Assembly: GCA_937903605.1 (NCBI GenBank)
Contig: CALCZC010000025.1
Span: 67,275 to 131,274 of the forward strand
Direction of reading: 5' to 3'
DNA length: 64,000 bases
Origin: an uncultured bacterium
GTDB lineage: Bacteria > Patescibacteriota > Patescibacteriia > Magasanikbacterales > GWA2-37-8
The notes beneath the pieces were generated by a model. The model did no database searches, was not told the DNA's origin, and saw only the letters and a program-made list of their open reading frames with translations. The translations under genes and the position numbers were made by a program. Shown one piece after another: positions 19,419 to 27,986 of the stretch. The first letter of the stretch is position 1, and the number at the start of each line of letters is the position of its first letter.

Positions 19419-20402
19419 ATGAAGAAAAAAGTAAAAAACAATCAAGTTATTATTTATCAAGCCAAAAATGGAGCGATTGAGCTTCGGGGTGATAATTCCC
19501 GTGAGACTTTTTGGGCCACACAAGCGCAAATAGCGCGGTTGTTTGATGTTACTCCTCAAAATGTGACATTGCACTTAAATAATATCTATAAAGACAAAGA
19601 GCTTGAAATGTCGACAACTTGTAAGGAATCCTTACAAGTTCAAATCGAAGGGAAAAGAGAAATTAAAAGAACCGTTAAGTTTTATAACCTTGATGCGATT
19701 ATTGCTGTCGGCTATCGTATAAATTCCGTCTTGGGAACAAATTTTCGTATTTGGGCGACAAAGACTCTTCGTGGATATATTATCAACGGTTTTGTTATAA
19801 ATCGTAAACAAATATCGGTTCATTATTCGCAATTTTTGGAAGCTGTAGAAAATATCAAACAAATATTACCTGGAGCCGGAAATATAGATCAAAATAGTGT
19901 TTTGGAATTGATTTCCGCTTTTGCCAATACTTGGTTATCTCTGGAAGCTTATGATAAAGATAAAATGGTCAGCACCGGAAATACCAAAAAATCAGTAGTG
20001 ATAACCGCGGACAAATTAAAAAAAGCGTTGGGTGATTTCAAAAACGAGTTATTGAAGAAAGGCGAAGCAACGGAAATTTTCGGACAAGAAAAACACAGAG
20101 ATGCCGTAGGAAGTATTGTCGGTAATGTGATGCAATCGTTTGGCGGTAAATCGCTTTACGCAACCGTAGAAGAAAAAGCGGCCCATCTTCTTTATTTTTT
20201 GGTTAAAGATCATCCGTTTACAGACGGAAACAAACGAAGCGGTGCTTTCGCTTTTGTTTGGTTTTTGAAAAAAGCCGGTTTGCTTGATTCTTCCAAAATC
20301 ACTCCGCCCGCGCTCACGGCTATAACGCTTTTTATCGCTGAAAGCAATCCAAAACAAAAAGATAAGATGATTAAATTAGTTTTACAATTATTAAAAAAAT
20401 GA
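19419..20402 (+). CDS. RhuM-family N-terminal domain fused to Fic/Doc (death-on-curing) toxin-like domain
   Basis: RhuM-like N-terminus (…FRIWATKTLRGY…). Doc/Fic motif HPFTDGNKRSGA near the C-terminus. Confidence 0.75.
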   Translation: MKKKVKNNQVIIYQAKNGAIELRGDNSRETFWATQAQIARLFDVTPQNVTLHLNNIYKDKELEMSTTCKESLQVQIEGKREIKRTVKFYNLDAIIAVGYRINSVLGTNFRIWATKTLRGYIINGFVINRKQISVHYSQFLEAVENIKQILPGAGNIDQNSVLELISAFANTWLSLEAYDKDKMVSTGNTKKSVVITADKLKKALGDFKNELLKKGEATEIFGQEKHRDAVGSIVGNVMQSFGGKSLYATVEEKAAHLLYFLVKDHPFTDGNKRSGAFAFVWFLKKAGLLDSSKITPPALTAITLFIAESNPKQKDKMIKLVLQLLKK

Positions 20403-20407
20403 TATCC

Positions 20408-20532
20408 TGTGTCATCCTGAACGCAATGAAGGATCTGTAAATAAAACAGGACTTTGAATCAAATAATTTATTTTTTTGCAGACCTGCCTGCCGGCAGGCA
20501 GGTTCTTCGCTTGCGCTCAGAATGACAAATTA
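20408..20532. repeat. composite family-1 nested-hairpin element
   Basis: tGTCATCCtgaacgcaatgaaGGATCtg … ACCTGCCTGCCGGCAGGCAGGT (perfect 22-nt palindrome) … ctcagaATGACAa. Architecture parallels 44064-44176. Confidence 0.65.
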
Positions 20533-20552
20533 TACTAAATTTAGCCAAATTT

Positions 20553-20585
20553 AACACTTCACCCTATAGGTTGAAGTGTTTGTTT
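20553..20585 (+). terminator. family-2 hairpin terminator
   Basis: aacacttcaccctataggttgaagtgtttgtttt. Confidence 0.65.
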
Positions 20586-20742
20586 TATATTGACTTATAA
20601 CCCTGATCGTGTTATATTTTAAATAGGAGACATTCAAAATTTATTAGCGCGAAATGCGCCGTATAATTCTGGTGAAAACCAAGGCAACCGGGGAAATCTG
20701 CCGGAGTGCCGTATGAATTATATCGACTAACCAAAAAGGCAA

Positions 20743-20794
20743 TTGTCATTCCCGTACCCGTCAAGCGAGTATAAACTACAGCGGGAATCCAGTG
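20743..20794. repeat. family-1 palindromic repeat unit
   Basis: ttgtcattcccgtacccgtcaagcgagtataaactacagcgggaatccag. Confidence 0.7.
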
Positions 20795-20912
20795 GTCAAA
20801 GGCGGTTGGGAGATTTCATTCTAAGAGATAGTAATATCTTTTTGATGAAATCTCTTAGCCGCTTTTTTGTTTTTCAAAAAGGTCGAATCCGTAAAAACGG
20901 GAGAAAAACAAA

Positions 20913-21617
20913 ATGACTAATTTTAATTTTTTAACATCAATCTTTATGACACACAAAATACCTGAAGGATTAACCAAATGCAAAGTTTGCGGTTGGTATG
21001 ACGGACAAACGACCAGAGGTCAGTTCAATAACGGCGGGAGTTCCACTGAAAAAATCACCATATCCTGTCTTTGCAAAGGTTTGGTTTGTAAAAAATGCGG
21101 TCAAACCAAAATACCGAGACCTTGTTCCAATTCTTATGATGAAAAATCAAACACATTCGGACATTGGCCGTATTTCATCGGCATGATGACTACCTGTCCG
21201 GATTGCAGAAGGTTGGAAAAGATAATTGAAAAACCTTTTATCGGTTTTATCATTGATTGGAAAAAAATGTATTATGAAATAAATCTGGTCAATCCTACTG
21301 ATAGAAAAATTTCCAGCGTCTTGGCATATACAGGCGCGTTTTGCGGGGATACAGATGGCTTGATAGAGACAAGCAGGGTTACACGAGAAAAAGGGGAGAT
21401 GTTACCAAATTCATCAATTCTTTTGGAAAAAAGCGATGTTGACGGTTTGGAATTCGTGATTTGGTTTCATCTGGACATTTATTTTGAAGGAGAAGAAAAA
21501 CCCCTGAAAGTTTGGTTTAATATACCAAAAAATGGTTGGAATTATAAAGACAATGAAGAAATGCTTCCGGTATTGAATAAAAAAGGGCAAATAATAGAGT
21601 TAAAAGAGAGAAATTGA
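20913..21617 (+). CDS. Cys-rich (multiple CxxC) hypothetical protein
   Basis: N-terminal CKVC…CLCKGLVCKKC…CPDC zinc-binding-like clusters. No recognisable catalytic motif. Confidence 0.4.
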   Translation: MTNFNFLTSIFMTHKIPEGLTKCKVCGWYDGQTTRGQFNNGGSSTEKITISCLCKGLVCKKCGQTKIPRPCSNSYDEKSNTFGHWPYFIGMMTTCPDCRRLEKIIEKPFIGFIIDWKKMYYEINLVNPTDRKISSVLAYTGAFCGDTDGLIETSRVTREKGEMLPNSSILLEKSDVDGLEFVIWFHLDIYFEGEEKPLKVWFNIPKNGWNYKDNEEMLPVLNKKGQIIELKERN

Positions 21618-21655
21618 GATTGTATTTTTCTTCCAAAAATGCTAAACTTTATTCA

Positions 21656-21687
21656 GTGTCATTCCTGCGAAGGCAGGAATCCAGTGG
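21656..21687. repeat. family-1 short unit (gtcattcctgcgaaggcaggaatccagtgg)
   Basis: Same unit as 23710-23741 and (reverse complement) 62491-62522. Confidence 0.7.
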
Positions 21688-21754
21688 TTAATTCGAATTT
21701 CTCGGTTATTCGGGGCATTTGGATATTAATTTGTAGTATTCGGATTATATCTAT

Positions 21755-22342
21755 ATGAAATTAACACCAAAAATATTAAAAGCTATTAATTTTGCTAGCA
21801 AAAAGCATAAAAAGGGGGTTAGAAAAGGGGACAAGGGGTTGCCTTATATTAGCCACTGTTTTGCAACTGCCTGGATCTTGAACAGCTTTACCAAAGATGA
21901 AGATGTGATTGTCGCCGGTTTGCTTCACGATGTTATCGAAGATGTCTTGGGGCCCAAGGGTTACAAAATACTTCAAGAAAAATTCGGTCAGCGCGTGGTT
22001 GATATTGTGAAGGGTGTTACCGAAGACAAAGATCCCAACAAAAAAGAAGATGAAAAGCCATGGATTGAAAGAAAACAAGATTATCTTGATCATCTCAAAA
22101 AAGATAGCAAGGAATCCATGATGGTAAGTACAGCGGATAAAATACACAATTTGCAGTCCATGCGCGATGCTTATCGCGAACAAGGGGAAAAATTATGGAA
22201 GAATTTCAACTCTCCGGCGGATAAAAAGCTTTGGTTTTATGAAGAGGTTTATAAGATAGTAAAGGGAAAATTGAGGAATAAAATTGTAGAAGAGTTAAAT
22301 AAACAAATTAAAGGAGCAAAATATGAATTTCATTTATATTAA
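21755..22342 (+). CDS. HD-domain small (p)ppGpp/alarmone hydrolase-like protein (RelA/SpoT HD-type, paralog 1)
   Basis: …HCFATAWIL…AGLLHDVIEDV… matches the SpoT-type HD motif. 195 aa. About 70% identical to the product of 27353-27931. Confidence 0.75.
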   Translation: MKLTPKILKAINFASKKHKKGVRKGDKGLPYISHCFATAWILNSFTKDEDVIVAGLLHDVIEDVLGPKGYKILQEKFGQRVVDIVKGVTEDKDPNKKEDEKPWIERKQDYLDHLKKDSKESMMVSTADKIHNLQSMRDAYREQGEKLWKNFNSPADKKLWFYEEVYKIVKGKLRNKIVEELNKQIKGAKYEFHLY

Positions 22343-23057
22343 AAAAAGTTCAGCTATTGCCGGAATTATAGCTTTAGCTTTTATTTTTGCCGGAGTCGGT
22401 TATTTTTTCAAAGATAAAATACAAAAACAAAATTTTGATAATTATATTAATGAAAATAATGCAGAAAATTATTTTGAAGTCGTTAAAAAAGCCGACATGT
22501 GTTTGATGATGGAGCCAAAAGATATTGATTGTTTTATTTATAAAGCCAATGCTTTGGCAAAAATGGCTTATATTGACGAGGCTCTGAAAGTGTTAACCGA
22601 TGCAAAAAAATATGTAAATAAATGGTCTGATGAGGGTGAAGATTTAATACACTTATATTATTCTATCAGTGACAGAGGAAAAACGGACAAATGGAATCTA
22701 ATTTTAGATCAAGATATTCAGTGGAAAGGAAAAATTGGTATAGGGTTGGAACAGATTGACGGTATAAAATTTTATTTTATCGGAGATGATGGAAAAACAT
22801 CGCGAACAGCCGGTTGGCAAGATTGGTTTTGGGTTTTACCAACATCGACAGAGGAAATTGTAATAGAGAAAGATGGATGGGTAGAATATATGCTCAAAAG
22901 TTTTGGAAATATTGATATAAATACCGTAGATTTTATTAGTGATACGTTTTTGATAACAGGTAAATATACTAATTTTGATTGTGGTTTCTATGGAGATTAT
23001 ATGTGTGTACCAATAGTTGCTGTTGAGAAAATTGAAAGAATAAAAAATAACAAATAA
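22323..23057 (+). CDS. hypothetical protein with N-terminal TM helix
   Basis: 244-aa ORF overlapping the upstream stop. No motif recognised. Confidence 0.4.
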   Translation: MNFIYIKKSSAIAGIIALAFIFAGVGYFFKDKIQKQNFDNYINENNAENYFEVVKKADMCLMMEPKDIDCFIYKANALAKMAYIDEALKVLTDAKKYVNKWSDEGEDLIHLYYSISDRGKTDKWNLILDQDIQWKGKIGIGLEQIDGIKFYFIGDDGKTSRTAGWQDWFWVLPTSTEEIVIEKDGWVEYMLKSFGNIDINTVDFISDTFLITGKYTNFDCGFYGDYMCVPIVAVEKIERIKNNK

Positions 23058-23059
23058 AT

Positions 23060-23428
23060 ATGAAAATAGTTTATTCAAAATTCATTTCCGGTGCTTCTGC
23101 TTCGCGATTTAAAGTCAAAGGAGATAAAAAAAGTGTAAAAAATTGGAGAAATAATGTGATTGAACAAACCAAAGACGGGATAGGTATTATCAACAAAGAG
23201 TGTAGAATGAAAGTTATCTTTAAATTTCATTCAAGCAGATATCCAACAGATTTTCCATATGGTCCGGATTTAGATAACCACATAAAAAATTTATGGGATG
23301 GGCTTAATGAAACCATTTTTAAAAACGCACCAGGGCATGATAGTTGTGTAAAAATACTTCACGCGAGTAAACATAAAGTTGAAAAAGAAAAAGAAGCCGG
23401 AGTAAAAATAGAAATATCTTATATATAA
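23060..23428 (+). CDS. RusA-like Holliday-junction resolvase (phage-type), tentative
   Basis: About 120 aa with GPDLDNHIKNLWDGLNE, resembling the RusA DxDNxxKxxxDAL motif. Confidence 0.45.
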   Translation: MKIVYSKFISGASASRFKVKGDKKSVKNWRNNVIEQTKDGIGIINKECRMKVIFKFHSSRYPTDFPYGPDLDNHIKNLWDGLNETIFKNAPGHDSCVKILHASKHKVEKEKEAGVKIEISYI

Positions 23429-23473
23429 AATAAGAATATTTTCTATATTATTAAAAGCTAAAATAAGCCGGTT

Positions 23474-23531
23474 TTGTCATCCCCGCGAATCCGCCTTCGC
23501 CAGTTGGCGAATGGCGGAGGGGATCCGGTGG
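23474..23531. repeat. family-1 repeat with nested inner hairpin
   Basis: ttgtcatccccgcgaatccgccttcgccagttggcgaatggcggaggggatccggtgg. Confidence 0.7.
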
Positions 23532-23648
23532 TTAATTTTTGTAATCTTTCAATTTCGTAATTTCGCCTTTTTTTGTATGCTTAGCTTGTCCGGCGTAACT
23601 TTAGTGAAGTCGGATTATATTGTCCGTAAAAATAATATTCTGTATTTC

Positions 23649-23678
23649 AAACACTTCAGCCTAGGTTGAAGTGTTTTA
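23649..23678 (+). terminator. family-2 hairpin terminator
   Basis: aaacacttcagcctaggttgaagtgtttt. It is preceded by a duplicate of the last about 30 nt of the SNase gene's 3' end. Confidence 0.65.
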
Positions 23679-23700
23679 ATTTGCTTTGTTTTAGTAAAAT

Positions 23701-23788
23701 GTAGAACACATTGTCATTCCTGCGAAAGCAGGAATCCAGCGGTCGTCTCAATTTTCCTATATTCCTGCTTTCGCAGGAATTATGTTCT
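23701..23788. repeat. MITE-like family-1 element with terminal inverted repeats (TAGAACACAT … ATGTTCTA)
   Basis: Contains gtcattcctgcgaaagcaggaatccagcgg and a second hairpin attcctgctttcgcaggaat, bounded by imperfect TIRs. Confidence 0.6.
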
Positions 23789-23833
23789 AAATCTTTATTT
23801 GAATTTTATAATCAAAAAGAGTAAAATTCCATC

Positions 23834-24667
23834 ATGAAAAAACTTTATATTTCCATCATATTTCTACTATTTCTATCCGGTTGTACTTCCGAGGTTACGC
23901 AAAATAGTAAAGTAGAAATCAAAACCGAAAATCAAACCGTCACTGCGGTTGTTTCTTCTACCACAAATATAAAAATAAACGATGATTTTGATGATATAAA
24001 AACAGAAATTTTTGTTACTACCAATACCCCTACAAATTCAGAAAAAACTTTTTTGGTGACACGAGTTATTGACGGCGACACTATCGAGATAGAAGGCGGG
24101 CAAAAAGTGCGCTATATCGGTATAGACACTCCGGAAACTGTAGATCCGCGCAAACCCGTGCAATGTTTTGGCAAAGAAGCTTCCGCAAAAAACAAAGAAT
24201 TGGTGGAAGGCAAAAAAGTGCGTTTGGAAAAAGATGTTACAGACACGGATAAATACGGGCGCTTGTTGCGATACGTTTACATCGGCGATATTTTTGTAAA
24301 TCTGGAATTGGTCAAACAAGGTTACGCCTCCTCATATTCTTATCCGCCGGATATCAAATTTCAAAATATATTTTTGCAAGCTCAACAAGAAGCGCAAGCC
24401 AAGGATCTAGGTTTTTGGTCAGCTTGTGAAGAAAATAATATCCCCGAAATATCCACTCCTTCCATAAATACCACAACAAACAACAACAGCCCGACGGATT
24501 GTAAAATAAAAGGAAATATCAGTTCAAAAGAAGAAAAAATTTATCATTCTATAGGGTGTGATAGTTACGATCTTACAAAAATAGATGAGGCTAGGGGAGA
24601 GAGATGGTTTTGCACGGAAGAGGAAGCGGTGAACGCGGGGTGGAGAAAAGCATTAAATTGTCCGTAA
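23834..24667 (+). CDS. secreted/lipoprotein thermonuclease (staphylococcal nuclease, SNase-like)
   Basis: Lipobox LLFLSGCTS. SNase core VTRVIDGDTIEIEGGQKVRYIGIDTPE. Confidence 0.8.
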   Translation: MKKLYISIIFLLFLSGCTSEVTQNSKVEIKTENQTVTAVVSSTTNIKINDDFDDIKTEIFVTTNTPTNSEKTFLVTRVIDGDTIEIEGGQKVRYIGIDTPETVDPRKPVQCFGKEASAKNKELVEGKKVRLEKDVTDTDKYGRLLRYVYIGDIFVNLELVKQGYASSYSYPPDIKFQNIFLQAQQEAQAKDLGFWSACEENNIPEISTPSINTTTNNNSPTDCKIKGNISSKEEKIYHSIGCDSYDLTKIDEARGERWFCTEEEAVNAGWRKALNCP

Positions 24668-24686
24668 AAATAATATTCTGTATTTT

Positions 24687-24717
24687 AAACACTTCACCCT
24701 AGGGTGAAGTGTTTTAA
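24687..24717 (+). terminator. family-2 hairpin terminator (perfect palindrome variant)
   Basis: aaacacttcaccctagggtgaagtgtttt. Confidence 0.7.
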
Positions 24718-24802
24718 TTTTGTTTTATATTAGCAAAAATTTGTTTCTTGAGTTTTTTAGGGAAAAGGAGTAAAATAAATGCATCTTATTTAACAAAAAT
24801 TT

Positions 24803-25465
24803 ATGAAATTAAAGGAGGTTCCCGTCGTCGATAGACCGCGGGAAAAGTTGGAAAAATATGGGGTAAATAGGCTCAGTGACAGCGAGCTTATGGCTATTTT
24901 GATTCGCACCGGGATTGTTGGTAAAAATGTTGTGGAGCTTTCCAAACAAATTTTGAAAAAAATTAAAAAACTCGGTTTGGAAAAAATGGAAATGAAGGAT
25001 TTATTGGAAATAAAAGGTTTGGGAAAAACCAAGGCCGGGCAGATATTGGCAAGCTTGGAAATCGGTCGCCGTTTTCTTCAAAACAAAAAATCCGAATTAA
25101 TACTTTCTCCGCAAGATGTTTGGAACGAAATGAAAGACTTGCGCGACAGTAAAAAAGAACATTTTGTTATTTTTTATCTAGACACGCAAAATCAAATTAT
25201 TAAAAGAGAAATTATTTCCGTCGGCACGTTAAACGAAAGTCTGATTCATCCGCGAGAAGTTTTTGAACCGGCTGTCAGATATTCCACGGCGCAAATAATC
25301 ATGGCGCACAACCATCCGTCCGGGAATTTGGAACCGTCGCCTGAAGATGTCGCAGTTTCAAGACGTTTGATAGACGCCGGAAATTTATTGGGGATTGAAG
25401 TTTTGGATCATATTATCATAACAAAGGACGGTTTTAAAAGCATGAAAGAATTAAAAATGTTATAG
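24803..25465 (+). CDS. radC: RadC-like JAB/MPN domain protein
   Basis: JAMM motif HNHPSGNLEPSPEDV and an N-terminal HhH-like region. Confidence 0.85.
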   Translation: MKLKEVPVVDRPREKLEKYGVNRLSDSELMAILIRTGIVGKNVVELSKQILKKIKKLGLEKMEMKDLLEIKGLGKTKAGQILASLEIGRRFLQNKKSELILSPQDVWNEMKDLRDSKKEHFVIFYLDTQNQIIKREIISVGTLNESLIHPREVFEPAVRYSTAQIIMAHNHPSGNLEPSPEDVAVSRRLIDAGNLLGIEVLDHIIITKDGFKSMKELKML

Positions 25466-25468
25466 GTT

Positions 25469-26089
25469 ATGTCAAATCACTATACAGAAAAATTAAAAGC
25501 GGCTTTAAAAAAACGAGTTTATGTTTACATAGACGCGGCTAATTTGGAACGCTCGGTACAGGATATGTGGGTAAACTCCAAAGATATTCCGGATAATTTA
25601 AAAGAAAATAAAGCGGAAGAGTTGCACTATCGCGTAGATTATCAAAAATTTAAAGCTTATTTTGACAAAATTTCCGATTTAAAAGAAATAAAATTTTATT
25701 CCGCCGATTTTAATAATGAAAAGCACAGTAAGTTTTTATGGTTTTTAAGTAAAATATTAAAATTTAAATTAGGAACAAAACCTTTGAAAGAATATACTGA
25801 CCACACTCCTGAAACTCCGCACCGAAAAGCAAATTTTGACGTAGAACTGGCGGTAGATGCTACTTATCATTTGAATAAATATGACACTTTGGTTTTGTTT
25901 TCAGGAGATTGTGATTTTGAATACCTGATCAAATTTTTGAAGGGTCATGGTAAAGTGGTTATTGTTTTTTCACGGGTCGGACATGTGGCCAAAGAACTTC
26001 CGCCAGCAAGCAGTTATTATTTTGACATAGTGGACTTTAGACAGGAATTGTTAAAAATAGAAACTAAAACGCAAAAAATCCCGCGATAA
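25469..26089 (+). CDS. NYN/LabA-like (PIN-fold) nuclease-domain protein
   Basis: VYVYIDAANL…LVLFSGDCDFEYLIKFLKGHGKVVIV matches the NYN Asp pattern. Starts 4 nt after radC. Confidence 0.7.
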   Translation: MSNHYTEKLKAALKKRVYVYIDAANLERSVQDMWVNSKDIPDNLKENKAEELHYRVDYQKFKAYFDKISDLKEIKFYSADFNNEKHSKFLWFLSKILKFKLGTKPLKEYTDHTPETPHRKANFDVELAVDATYHLNKYDTLVLFSGDCDFEYLIKFLKGHGKVVIVFSRVGHVAKELPPASSYYFDIVDFRQELLKIETKTQKIPR

Positions 26090-26405
26090 AGCGGGATTCT
26101 GCAGTTGATTACAAGTGATACTGCTATCACCTGTAATTCAACTATACATTAATTTTACGATTTTGTCAATGTTATCCACAACGGAAAAAGTACCTAAGAT
26201 TGTTGTAATACTAAATAAACAAAAAACCCAATCGGTTAGATTAGGCGCTTTGTTGAAGTAGCGTCTTAAAAAGTGGTTATCTGCGGCTTAAGTCCCGAGT
26301 TCCTCGGGGGAACACCACAGCGCTCTCTAAGCTATTATTGCATACTTCAAGATTAATATACCACAAAACCCCTTTTTCGCCAATATCAGCTTATCCACAG
26401 GTTTT

Positions 26406-26435
26406 TTGTCATCCTGAACTTGATTCAGGATCTCC
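26406..26435. repeat. family-1 short unit (gtcatcctgaacttgattcaggatctccc)
   Basis: Palindromic ATCCTGAA-cttga-TTCAGGAT core. Confidence 0.6.
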
Positions 26436-26473
26436 CTTTAAGTCTAATTTCGCCTGTTCAAGGCGGATTTTTT

Positions 26474-26506
26474 AACACTTCAGCCTGTAGGTTGAAGTGT
26501 TTTTGT
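26474..26506 (+). terminator. family-2 hairpin (no annotated CDS immediately upstream)
   Basis: aacacttcagcctgtaggttgaagtgtttttgttt. Confidence 0.55.
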
Positions 26507-26795
26507 TTGGGTTGAATTAGCGAAAATTTATTTTTGACAAAATCACCAAAATATACTATACTACTAATAGTTACAATCTAAAATAATTATTTATCAAGAG
26601 CGCAGGTAGTTTCTTCGCCGAGGCGGAGAACTTAGGGATCTAGCCCAAAATCTGCCGGCAACCTCTGTGGCTGACTGCCAAAGAAAGGTGCCAATTCTAG
26701 CCCGAATAGGGAAAGATGATCGTCGATTTTTTGTTTCTTGAGCAAAAAGCATCTTTCCCACCCGGGAAAGATTTTTAATTTTTAATAATGAATAT

Positions 26796-27173
26796 ATGAT
26801 AACTGAAAATTTTAATACTTATACTTTTAAATTTTTATCAGGGGTTAAAAATAAAATGACGGAGTTTACCGAAGAACCGGATCTTATTGTTTATGAATCA
26901 ATAGGATTAGCCACGGCTGGCAGTGTAGAACATGCAATTATTCTTGCTTTACAACATAAAGAAGGTTTTTTAAAAGAGGCAGTAGGGTATAGAGTCAGAG
27001 AAAATAATGATATTATTAAAATTCTCAGCAAAGCCACGGGTAAAGATTATGTCGGAGTGGAGTTTTATAAGTTAAAAAGAAAAAATCAAGAAGAATTAAG
27101 TGGTATAGGTAAGTTTTTTGCGGACAATTTGAACAAGAATGTCCTGGAAGATCAAAAAAAGATGAAAAATTGA
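26796..27173 (+). CDS. hypothetical protein
   Basis: 125-aa ORF. No motif recognised. Confidence 0.35.
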   Translation: MITENFNTYTFKFLSGVKNKMTEFTEEPDLIVYESIGLATAGSVEHAIILALQHKEGFLKEAVGYRVRENNDIIKILSKATGKDYVGVEFYKLKRKNQEELSGIGKFFADNLNKNVLEDQKKMKN

Positions 27174-27352
27174 AGTTTTCTTAAAAAAATGCTAAACTTT
27201 AATGGCAATATTCGTATAAATTTTAGTATAGCACTAGTATAATTAGTATCAATTATTCGTATCTATGAAATTAATATTAAATTAGTATAAATTTTAGTAT
27301 TACATTCGTATCATTAGTACAATTAGTATATTAGTATCAATTATTTGTATCT

Positions 27353-27931
27353 ATGAAACTAACTCCCAAAATACAAAAAGCCATCAATTACGCCAGTCGT
27401 TTGCATGCCAAACAGATAAGAAAAGGGGATAAAGACCTGCCTTATGTCAGCCATTGCTTCACCGCGGCTTGGATTCTCAATGAATTTACCAAAGACGAAG
27501 ATATTATCGTGGCCGGATTGCTTCACGATGTACTGGAAGATGTTCCGGGTTATGGTTACGAAAGGATGAAAAAAGATTTTGGCGCGCGAGTGGCGAAAAT
27601 AGTCGCCGGTGTTACCGAAGATAAAGATCCCAATAAAAAAGAGAAAGAGAAGCCGTGGATTGAAAGAAAACAGAAATATCTCGAGCATCTCAAAAAAGAT
27701 AGCCGGGAATCCATGATGGTAAGCGCAGCGGATAAAATACACAATTTGCAGTCCATGCGCGATGCTTATTGCGAACAAGGGGAGAAATTGTGGAAGCATT
27801 TCAATGCTACAAAAGAGGAATCTCTTTGGTTTTATGAGCAAGTTTATAAGATTATTAGGGGGAAATTGAGGAATAAAATTGTGGGGGAATTGGGGAAACA
27901 ATTGGCAGGGGCAAAAAAGGAATTTAAATAA
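27353..27931 (+). CDS. HD-domain small alarmone hydrolase-like protein (paralog 2)
   Basis: …HCFTAAWILNEFTKDEDIIVAGLLHDVLEDV… matches the SpoT-type HD motif. Paralog of 21755-22342. Confidence 0.75.
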   Translation: MKLTPKIQKAINYASRLHAKQIRKGDKDLPYVSHCFTAAWILNEFTKDEDIIVAGLLHDVLEDVPGYGYERMKKDFGARVAKIVAGVTEDKDPNKKEKEKPWIERKQKYLEHLKKDSRESMMVSAADKIHNLQSMRDAYCEQGEKLWKHFNATKEESLWFYEQVYKIIRGKLRNKIVGELGKQLAGAKKEFK

Positions 27932-27935
27932 TTTT

Positions 27936-27968
27936 TAACACTTCAGCCTGTAGGTTGAAGTGTTTGTT
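27936..27968 (+). terminator. family-2 hairpin terminator
   Basis: aacacttcagcctgtaggttgaagtgtttgtttt. Confidence 0.65.
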
Positions 27969-27986
27969 TTGTGTAATTTTGGCCAT

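Noticed and set aside
26590-26795. Riboswitch identity (cobalamin, TPP, fluoride, ZTP, glycine) for the leader upstream of 26796
   Set aside because: None of the diagnostic conserved boxes is present (B12 box, CUGAGA, and so on). Only generic stems are visible.
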